A stretch of 57,780 bases of DNA, counting the filler, from Sphacelaria rigidula (taxonomy: Eukaryota): NCBI GenBank assembly GCA_964200075.2. It is 6 parts of 6 records of this genome, joined end to end, with 100 filler letters (N's around TTAATTAATTAA, not from the genome) between each part and the next. Parts side by side here need not be neighbours in the genome. Positions count along the whole stretch, not along the records: positions 48,236 to 57,780 come from CAXNAA020008260.1; 5 more parts are not named here. One strand, given 5' to 3'. Below, piece by piece: positions 48,236-57,780 of the stretch. The position numbers were made by a program, and so were the translations under genes. Below the pieces are notes generated by a model. That model searched no databases. It was given only the letters and a program-made list of their open reading frames with translations, and was not told where the DNA came from. Every line of letters starts with the position of its first letter. The stretch's first letter is position 1.

Positions 48236-51200
48236 CTCCGATTTCGGGCTAAGAACGTCCCCCTTTTCTCCCTGATATCGAGGCGAAAAGGTGCTTTCGC
48301 ACCTACGCTTTGGGGGCACGGAAGACGGGTAACCCCCGATATAGTTTTAAGGAGGTCGGGGGGCATGAGATCGTTCATCTGAATTTCATTGATCATGACT
48401 TTAGGTCAGGGAAAGCACTGTTTTCGAGTTGAAACTCATTAAAATGTTGAACCTCGATAACGAATCCAGGTTGTTGTATGTGTTGCGGTGGGTTTAGGGT
48501 TAGGGGTAGCGATACTTGTAAAATGTCAACATGTACATGTGTAGCCCAACACCGGTCTCGTTTTTTCACGAGCTTTTGAATGAAACAGACATGAGTTGGT
48601 TTTGTAAGCGCATTGATTGATGTAGGAACAGCCAGTCCCTGAACAACAACTCACCCGACCGCTGAAAGCCCTGCATGCGGCCCTGGACTGTCAGCTCGCA
48701 GGCTGAACGGTCAACTTTCAAACCTTCAGCGAAAAATCTGGAGATGCGCTATTTTTTCAAGAGGTGGGACCAGCCTGCATGTTCTTTGACTGCTGCTCGA
48801 CAACCCACAACCTTCCATACGGTCATCCCGTGTGCTCAGGCAACGGCACAAGTGAATCTGTGTGCGACTCTCGGGGACAGTGGTGGTCATATCAACAGCA
48901 GCAGTAACCCTCTTTCGTTGGATATTCCTTTGCGGAGATGGACTGAGCTGCAAGGATGATTTGCAGCCGTTCAGCTCCCGCGGTCAGCACACACACAACA
49001 ACCAAATCTGAACATGATGCATGAGATACATCCACACGCGCGCGCGGTTTGATACATGCCCAAACTTTCAAAAACGACGTGTTTGGAACTGAGCCGAACA
49101 GGCAGAGAGTCAAGTCTCCCTGAAGTATACCCAGGGATGATGGAGGTTAGCTGACATATACCGAGAAGTGCTGTGGATATTGCACCAAGCAAAGAATGTA
49201 CATTGCTGTTGTGCCTCAACATCGCCACTGCCACTCTCTTGACTGTGACGGTCATCGAGCATGTCTCACACAACACGCATCGCGGCGGAGACAACACAAC
49301 TAACCCTCCACGGATTCGGTACACCCAGACCGTGCTAGAACTATTGTCTAGACTTTGCACCAAGCGAAGTCTAGACAAGAGCCCTCCTGAAGTAGGGACA
49401 TGTGTAATAGAGGCTCGCAAGCACGCGTTGGCGACGCATTGGACAGCCCGATCTTGGGATGTTTGTCACGGCGGCTCCAGTTCAAGTACGCTGCTAATCC
49501 AACAGACGAATATGAAAGTTGCATACACTACAGTAGTCACACAGTAAAGACTTTCCTTCATCTTCGAGGTGGTGGAAGTCAATTTTTGAAGTCACACTCC
49601 CGGTTTATATTCGACCAGCGTAATTAATGCGTACGCACCTTCTGTTTCGCGTCGGTAGAGCTGTGATGGAGGCAGATTGTTGTCGCTAAGGACTCTCTCG
49701 TAGAAGTTATTTGTCGTGAAAACAATGGTACGTGTCACAGTATGTACTTGCCCGACTGAGAGAGGTGTGGCTGATAGGGCATGCGGCAGCGGCGTAGTCG
49801 GACACGCCTCCGCACAAAAAGCCGGGCGGACAGTCTTTGTCCTCTTTTTATCTTTTTTTCGGGTCCGTGCCCAATGTGGAACTGAAGTCACTGTATTACA
49901 TTGAATTAAATTACATATACCAGGTGTCATTTTGCGCATCACCTCATGAAGGAGTTTTTTTTTCAAAATAATCTTACTCGTAGAATGAGAGAGTTTTGTG
50001 GAGAAGTCCCGGTGGGATTATACTTTTTTGTATAGTATAGTTTTAGGTTGTGCAGAGGGATACGAAAAAAGACACACGCCACAGCTTGATATTTTGTGTG
50101 GAGGCGTGTTTAGTCATGACAACTTACTGCGCTTTCTCTACTACTCACAGCCAGGCAGACACAAACGTTTTCAGGGCACATCTCCTGCGGAGGCGCATAT
50201 CAGTGTTTCCGCCACTGCTGCTACAAAGTACTCAGTGGCAACAGAAGGGCGGCATCACTACGACCTTACAAGCGAAACGGGAGGTATGTACTGTCTGTAC
50301 CCTGAAGCAGGGGTGGATTTGATTTTCAAACATCGTCGAGAGACAGCTCGATAAATACAAAAAGAACAACACTCTCCCACGTGATCGTGTTCGTTTTGTT
50401 GTACAACGCGTGTGACCGGCAGCCACCACTTAGACCCCCGGATCAAGGTACCCGACACACCATCACCTTGTGCTGGCAAACCCCTATACCGTATTACACG
50501 TGTTTTACCTACTTCAGGGGGCTCTTTGTTTGGCTGCGCTCCTCGTTGTCGCACAGTTCGGTTGTATCGAACGCGCGGGCGGTTTTCTGTCTCCCTGCTG
50601 CTCCGGTTATATCGTGTGATTGTGGTTGACTGCTTCATGAGTAAAGAGTATGCGTATATGGTCAAGCACACCTGGGACTGCGTTTGGCGTGCAATACACA
50701 GCCGCTAGAGTATGTTCGATCGCTGCATTATCAGTGGAGAACGTAGAGTACAAACTGGATTCTGAGTACGAGTACTACCGCAAATGATGTTCTTCGCTTC
50801 GTGTTCTTCAGTATTCAAAGTCACCAATTTCCTTCAAACAATGACGTTCACCTCGTACGGTACGGTTTGCAGGTGATACTTACTGGATACAGTATCTGAG
50901 AATATCGATCCGTTCGAACGGAAACACATGAGAGACCCATGCATCAAGCGGCGCCGATGCTGCTGCGCCCACGTCTATGTTGTGGATGATGGCCTACCTG
51001 TCGCTTGGGTTGCTGTTTACGTTGTGACTGAGGCAGTGGGTATGTTCCCCCGCGAACGTTATGTCGTCTGTCCTGTGGTTGTGGTTAAAATCTACTGTGT
51101 ATAATAATAAGTAGTGTGGGTGGAAGCCCTGTGCAAAGCATCGTTTTTTTGCGGAATATTGAAAACCGGTCGTTCGCGTGTGTGCCGCTTGTGCGGTGCA

Positions 51201-51872
51201 AAATTTCAGGCTCACCTCCCACAGATAGGGGTAACTCAAAGTGAAGTAAAATATCTTCGCACGAAGCGCGATTATGGCCGAGCGTTTGAAAATCGCCACT
51301 GGGCAAAAATCGAGGACCCACCCGAAATCAGGGAAAGAACTACTGAATGGGACATGTCCTGTACCACTGTGTCCTGCAGCACAAACACACTCATGCTTTG
51401 TCTTGTGTGCTGTAGCTGTCGCTGCGCTGTGGCGTCTTCAGGCCTTTGTGGAGACGGTTTGATCTCCGCTGGGAGTGCCTGAGTTGTTGCTTCATATTGT
51501 CATTCCGTTCGTCGCTATGAAAAATCAAGTTGTCGGCACGCAGTGCTCTCTACTGTAACACATGAGGCTTATGACATCAAGCATCAACTGCCCTTTTGTG
51601 AACTCACGCTGAACTAAACGCAAACAACGATACTGTAGTGTTCCACGAGACGGACATTTTTTCTTCAGCGAGTGTACTGGTGCTGTCAATTTTTTCAACA
51701 TCAGAATTATGACATGCTTCACTTATTTTACGTGCGGAGGCCATCAGAGATTCTGAAACGGGGTTTCTCAAACGTTCACAGCATAAATATACTGAATTTG
51801 CTACATACGTTCGAAATGGAATCCTGCAATACAGACAGTACATACACCAGATATAGCAATTCAAGATATTGA

Positions 51873-51960
51873 GTACGTCTTATTTATCATGTGACCACGG
51901 CTGGATCCCTGGGGGGTTAGTTGAAGTGCGACAATCAATCAATCAATCGATCAATCAATA
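51873..51960 (+). mobile_element. LINE/SINE-like 3' end with (AATC)n tail
   Basis: GTACGTCTTATTTATCATGTGACCACGGCTGGATCCCTGGGGGGTTAGTTGAAGTGCGACAATCAATCAATC. Confidence 0.7.
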
Positions 51961-52017
51961 GATCAAATCAGACAGTACCGGTACAGTACCACAGGAAGCA
52001 CTATATACGAGTATACC

Positions 52018-53160
52018 AGGGCTTGTCACGGGGGGGACACTCACGGGAGATCGCATGGGACGGGAATCTCCGTCCCGTCCTGCCGTATTTCGTTCCCGTC
52101 CCGTTCCGTCCCGCCGGTTGTTTTGGAGACGGGGAAGCAGCCCCATCTTCCGTCCCGTTCGGTCGTATTTTTCCCACGTCGGACGAGTCATTACTCGTCG
52201 AAACGAGTGCACTCGTGGATATTTTTTTTTACACAACGAGCATGACTCGTGTGCTCGAGTCATTATTTTTTCCACAAGGAGCAATGACTCGAGTACTCGC
52301 CCTATTAATATTTCCCCCCAACGAGCAATGACTCGAGTGCTCGCCCCATTGACCCTTTTGCATTGGACCGACCCCCACTAACACGAGGTTGACCATGTCT
52401 TGAATGGTGAGATAGTAAAAAATAAGTAGAGGAGCGACCTGCCCAATCATGGCGAGGCGAAATTTATCGACCAGGCCCGAACGACCAGCGCGGGGACTGT
52501 TGCCGAGTGTGATGTGACTGTAAAGATAGTGTTGGGGCCCATCCCTGGCACAGATAAGCCTTCCCAGGTTTCTAAAGCCAGGGTGCTCGGAGCATGGCTT
52601 ATCGTATTACTTGTACTCAGTATAGTGTTACCGGGGTTTCCCAGGATAACCAGCCTCATTGGTCGTTCTGGGGGCCCGGCCCCAAAGGGGTTACCTTTTT
52701 CCACAACGGGCAGTGACTCGAGTGCTCGCCCTGTTATTTTTTTCCACGACGAGCAATGACTCGAGTGCTCGCCATATCATTTTTTTCCACAACGAGCGAT
52801 GACTCGAGTGCTCGCCCTATTAGTTTGTTTCCACAACGGGCAATGACTCGAGTGCTCGCCCTATCATGTTTTTCCACAACGAGCAATGCCTCGAGTGCTC
52901 GCCTTATTATTTTTTTCCACAACGAGCAATGACTCAAGTGCTGGCTCTATTATTTTTTTCCACAACGAGCAATGACTCGAGTGCTCGCTCTATTAATTTT
53001 TACGGCCAACGAGCAGCCCAACGAGTGCGAGTGCCACGATTCACACTCGCTCTCGTCCGACGTATGGTCTTTTTGGCGACCGGAAAGCGTTCCCGCCGGC
53101 CCGTCCCCCGAGAAAATTCCCGGTATTTTTCACGGAAATTACGGTCACATTGGACGGGAC
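52018..53160. mobile_element. hAT-like non-autonomous element containing a ~43-bp minisatellite (about 10 units), split by an insertion at ~52349-52694
   Basis: Starts CAGGGCTTGTCACGGG with CCGTC/GACGG subterminal motifs; unit TTCCACAACGAGCAATGACTCGAGTGCTCGCC + AT-rich linker at 52222-52348 and 52696-53000; related element starts TAGGGTTTGTCACGGG at 53434. Confidence 0.7.
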
Positions 53161-53170
53161 CTTCCGTTAA

Positions 53171-53274
53171 CCCTTGGACGGCGAGGAGGGTAGGTTATCT
53201 GTTGAATCGGCATCAACTTCACTTGAAAAAAGTACTCATGATCCAGTTGGACTACCCTCCTCGTGGTCCAAGGG
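53171..53274. mobile_element. piggyBac-type MITE (104 bp)
   Basis: TTAA|CCCTTGGACGGCGAGGAGGGTAG ... CTACCCTCCTCGTGGTCCAAGGG|TTAA; 21/23 TIR match and TTAA TSD. Confidence 0.9.
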
Positions 53275-54232
53275 TTAACCGCACGGGAGATTCCGTCCAG
53301 GCTCACCTGAACTTGTAGTAAAGCTCTGTGGGTGTTTCACCATGCTTTTTTTTTTGTATATTCAGGCTCAACTCCCTTGCACAACCTCCTTTTACATATC
53401 ATGGAAACGATTGACACTCACAGTCATAAGGGCTAGGGTTTGTCACGGGGCTTCGGGACGGAACGGGGCAGGACCGGACCGATTCTCCGGTCGCTATTTT
53501 GAGTCGAGTAACCTGCTATCGTCAGATGTTGTACTTCAAAATCGGTCACTTTACCTTCTTGAACGTGTCCAATGGCACGAAATGGTGGTCTCCTCTCGCT
53601 TTTTTGGGTTTTTTAGGGAGTAATACGCATATCCACGTGGGGACAGGACGGAGCAAGATGGGACAGAGCGGCACGAGAAGATGTCACGGGAGCATTTTTT
53701 GTAAGGGCGGGACCGGACGGGCAGTCGAGAAAATCAGAAGGGCGCGTCATCCCTGTCTGCGTTGAAGGTCCCTGGTCCATTCCATGGGTCGAGCCTTGAC
53801 TGTGGTCTGTCGGTCGGTGTTGGCGGTGGTGGTTTTGCACGTTACTTGACTGCTACAAAGTATGGCGGGAGTGAAGGGCAGCACCAAGTACCAACCATCA
53901 ACAGTCCACGTGGATACATGTCCTCACCTCTTGATTCACACCGCCGCGAAGTTGATCGTGTCATTATCCAGTCGCTCGCCACGTGGTCATATCGTTCGGC
54001 CTCGAGCACACATGCCGAATTTTTTCACTTCCAACCTTTGTTCGAAGTTTGATGTTTCGGCTACTTGCATCTCTCTCAATGTCATACACCCTGCGTTTAA
54101 TCAAGACGCACTTACTCACCGTTTAGAATCCCCGGTCGGTCTCCCCTCCCCCTCCTCGGTGCCTCTTTGTAATTTTTTGTCTCGATGCTACTGTTTGCTT
54201 GAAATCTTTGGTAACTTGATCTTATAGGGAAA

Positions 54233-54683
54233 CAGGCCCGTGCACTGCACTGGGTCATGACACGCACACACTCAAGAGTATGGCACAGCCGTTTGCGTTA
54301 GCCAGCTGGGTGAACCGCTCGTTGGCGGTTCAGAAATGAGAGCGGAAGCACATCTATCGACGATGCAGCAGAATCCAAAGGTTGTCTCTGCCAAACATCC
54401 CGCGGTGGACGGTGGCGGCCGGGATCCCTAGAAGTCCGTTGGTTATTGGAGTTGGCTATTGGAGTGGCTGCCGCCGCTAATGCATTAGCGATCCCGGCCG
54501 CCACCGTCCACCGCGGGATGTTTGGCAGAGACAACCTTTGGATTCTGCTGCAGCATCGATAGATGTGCTTCCGCTCTCATTTCTGAACCGTCAACGAGCG
54601 GTTCACCAAGCTGGCCAACGCAAACGGCTGTGCCATACTCTTGAGTGTGTGCGTGTCATGATCCAGTGCAGTGCACGGGCCTG
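54233..54683. repeat. Long near-perfect inverted repeat (foldback): ~197-bp arms, ~55-nt loop
   Basis: 54233-54430 is the reverse complement of 54486-54683, with about 7 mismatches. Confidence 0.95.
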
Positions 54684-54851
54684 ACCTTTGTTGTCTTTCG
54701 TTTGTTTCGAAAGGACATGTCTGCCATCTCTTTACTATTTTGTTGAAGATATGGAACGAAGAACAACTGTCCACCGTCGGGGTCGTTTCTTGTGCTACGA
54801 GATACCACGGTTGCCATTTGTTCCTGTCATACCTTCACCCCACCCCCTCCC

Positions 54852-55121
54852 CCTCGGGACGATTTCGTAGTTTCAAGGGATCCACCCATCACTCCCGCGG
54901 CACCTGCTTGACGTGTCCGTATAGCGGATTGGACGAGTAAATGTGCACCGCGTCGACTGCTGTCGAAGTTCCTTCGCTACTTGAAACCCCAAGTTTTCGA
55001 CGGCGTAAACCACATTATGTTCCACACGACCGTATCTGTCGGTATTCGAACCCGAGACTCTACACCCTAGCTGGCTAGTGGCTAATGGCTAATGAGAGAC
55101 CAGTTGAATCACCAGGAGGCG
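54852..55121 (-). mobile_element. tRNA-derived SINE
   Basis: Minus strand reads CCTGGTGATTCAACTGG ... GGGTTCGAATACC ... GATCCCTTGAAACTACGAAATCGTCCCGAGGG. Confidence 0.65.
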
Positions 55122-55723
55122 AGAAGTGTAAAGGTATAAAGGGGCAAAGGTAAAAAAGGGCAAAGGTATAAAGGTGTCAAGGTGTTGAGGTGTAAAGGTG
55201 TAGAGGTGTAGACCATGGCTGGCTTTCCTCGGACATGGCCCTTGAACCGCATCCGTTATTTATGGAGAATTTTGGCCAACAACGATTGTTTTAAATGTTT
55301 TTTCCCGAACCAAGGCCATTTTTCGGAGGCTCATCCGAGAGATGATGTCATATCTCAAGCCATTTTCAGACTTTCCTGAGAGAAGAAAAAAAGAATATCG
55401 GATTAGACGCGGTTGAGAACCTGTGCGACCATAATGGGCCTTACTTACGGCGCAAAGGAAGTACGTTTCGAGTACTTTGCCAAGCCTTTCAAACCTTTTC
55501 ATCACTTCCTGTGCTGCACCTCCTTGTTTCTTGGGGTAGGAAACTCCATGGCTGTGATGGGCTGCAAGTTGCATCGGGCGATCCAAATGTGATTTCGATT
55601 TTTTTATTTTTTCATGATACGAACACTGCTGGTTTACCACACTCGGACAATCCACACGAGTTCATGCACTCACCTGAGCCCCCCCTCCGCCCACCCCCAC
55701 CGGGTGCCTCGCCAACGTCACAG

Positions 55724-56142
55724 GTGACACCAGCAGGGATACGGGAGAGACCAAGGGTGGAGAAGCAGATATGGAGCATAGCACGGGTGATGAAGCTGAC
55801 AATGCCAGAAAGTCGAGAGAAGGACGTGGAGAAATCGATGCGGATCATACCGTAGGGGCCGGCAGTGTGGGCGTACCAACGGGCGGCGACGATCCAGACC
55901 CAGAAACAGAGATTCACCAACGAGACATCGCCGCAGGCATTGATGTTTCTATGGCAAGGAAGCTTTTTCGAGAAAAAATGAAGGCGGATGACGTTAAGAG
56001 GAAGCGGGCGAAGGAGGCCTGGGCAAAAGAGATGAGTGAGAGAGAAGGACAGGAGCAGAGGAGAGGGCAAGAGGAGGAGCCAGAGCTGTGCTACGTGTGC
56101 CACGACCCTTTGCCTGAGGAAAGCCGTGGCATCATCAGATGT
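55724..56142 (+). CDS. RING-HC (C3HC4) finger protein exon: acidic/charged region and first RING ligands
   Basis: CACAG acceptor, TGT|GTGAGT donor; ends ...EEEPELCYVCHDPLPEESRGIIRC. Confidence 0.82.
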
Positions 56143-56737
56143 GTGAGTATTCGGTTTTGTTTTGTTTCCGTTTCATCCAGTGTGGTGTGGTGTGCTACTT
56201 TGGATGCAGCTGCGGCTGCCGCTGCTTCTGCGGCACATGCGCAATTTAGTATTACATTGTGTTTTACGTTGCTTTTTCGCGTGTGTGTATTCTGTACTAC
56301 CGTTCCTGTCTTGTCATTGTGAGATTTTGTCGGTGTGGTGATGCCTTGTTTCGTCACATGATGTTTTCCTCCCCGTAACACTTTTGACTTGACGTGACTT
56401 GGTCATGATCCGCTTCATGGCCATCAGGAGAGATGCTAGTAAACGCAAAATTTATGCTTGTGGTGGTATGTAGCGCACTGCACTGTAGAGTGAGCGACCA
56501 AGGTATTGGCGGTGTTGTTCTTCTACGCTCTTCGTTGCACGCAATTGTTCACCTACTCCCAATGCTGCTTTCGTGTCTTGTTTTCTTCCGCAATTTCCGT
56601 CTACAGCGAGAAAAATATACATTAGTCGCCCCCACCACCGCCTTCCTCTCCCCGACCCGACCCCTTCGACTCGCTGGAGTCTCTCCATTTTGCGTCTATA
56701 TCGGACGTGCCTGTCCTTCGTGCAATTTGTTTTCCAG

Positions 56738-56881
56738 GGGCACGCCTTCTGCTTTAAGTGCATCCATCAGTGGACAGAGACAGAAGCCAGTTGCCCGACG
56801 TGCCGAGCACCGGTCGCGGCAATCCTGAAGTTTCTCACGAAGGAAGAGGGGGAGAGGGACATGGAGATGAACCAGGCCGAG
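56738..56881 (+). CDS. RING-HC finger protein exon completing the RING
   Basis: TTCCAG acceptor, GAG|GTCAGC donor, phase 0; GHAFCFKCIHQWTETEASCPTCR; the join gives C-x2-C...C-x-H-x2-C-x2-C-x10-C-x2-C. Confidence 0.9.
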
Positions 56882-57160
56882 GTCAGCAGAGTAGTCGTCA
56901 GGCGTTGTTGTTCCCGTCTGATATCCTGACTGCAGTCGTGTAGCATCATGTACACTTGTGAGTGGGAGAATACTCCTGGGGAATACCGATACCTGGTGTT
57001 GTCTTCAGTACGCACCAACACGTTCGGCAAAACAAGCTAGTCGCTGGTCTTACACCCCCGTGAGCGAAATGCCCAACATGACGGCTTTATCAGCACCTCC
57101 AGCCTCCTTTTGACTACGCTGATCACGTATCAACGGTTTCTCCCAGCCCCCATTGACCCC

Positions 57161-57731
57161 CAGCTTGGTCCGGCGAGAACCCGGCGTGCTCCGTCCCGGC
57201 TTTGTAGGGACGGACCCTCGATGGGGTTGGCGTCGGTTTCCGATGGCGCTATGACACACGCCACTCAACTGCGTAAGCTAGGTAGTCAGGGTGCCGATTT
57301 TTTGTTTTGCGCGCTTGCGTTTCTTTTTGCGGTAACCATGATGGTAGTCGCGCTAGATCATGTTGTGCGGCGTGGGAGAACCTCAGTTCCGCACTAAGGG
57401 GGTGACCGTACTACGTAGTGTTCAAATGGTGAAACACCCATGAGGTAGTGTATAAGCCGTGGCTGTCTCAGGAAGTGACGATACCAGAAAATGAAGTAAC
57501 TCTTTGAAGGCTGTCATCCGCATGGAAGATAATCAGTAGGCTCCGTTCCGAACAATCTTAGCAGGATGCAGCTCACCCTTCATGCGACTCGCCGAACACA
57601 CATTACGGCGCTTCGCGCTTGTGGTGATTGATTGCGAGCCTGGTCCGGCGAAACTCGGCGTGCTCCGTCCCGGCTTTGTAGGGATGCGGAGTCAATGGTC
57701 TCATGACTATGGCATGCAGGATCATGGGTAC
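57161..57731 (+). mobile_element. Longest copy of the G/C-run-associated repeat, preceded by a partial duplicate of its subterminal region
   Basis: 57215-57731 matches the other copies; 57163-57212 repeats 57638-57690; followed by CA/C-rich sequence. Confidence 0.88.
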
Positions 57732-57780
57732 CACACACCCACACCACACAACCACACCCACACCAAACAAAAAAACACAA

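Noticed and set aside
52222..53000. CRISPR array
   Set aside because: Linkers are ~10 nt and similar to each other rather than unique spacers; no cas genes; eukaryotic context inside a TIR element.

Overview
This is eukaryotic, intron-rich genomic DNA, probably from a brown alga or other stramenopile (inferred from kb-long GT-AG introns and the style of the repeats, not from a database search). It is not one locus. Six length-sorted contigs (9548, 9547, 9547, 9547, 9546 and 9545 bp) are joined by identical artificial 100-bp linkers (44 N + TTAATTAATTAA + 44 N). By reading splice sites and intron phases I reconstructed partial genes: a SANT + PHD + 3x RanBP2-type zinc-finger chromatin protein (contig 1), four myosin motor-domain exons (contig 2), an FN3 relic and an unidentified minus-strand spliced gene or pseudogene (contig 3), three ankyrin-repeat gene exons (contig 4), two PUS7/TruD exons including the catalytic motif (contig 5) and a split C3HC4 RING gene (contig 6). 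Introns and intergenic DNA are full of small non-autonomous elements: MITEs with 8-bp TSDs, piggyBac-type TTAA MITEs, tRNA-headed SINEs, LINE-like 3' ends, a ~450-bp foldback and a 170-bp higher-order AGCT repeat. There is also a very abundant element (~15 pieces) with one fixed end that sits against G/C homopolymer runs. I found no prokaryotic operon or CRISPR system. The most novel-looking items are the G/C-run-associated element, the SANT-PHD-RanBP2 architecture and the long foldback.
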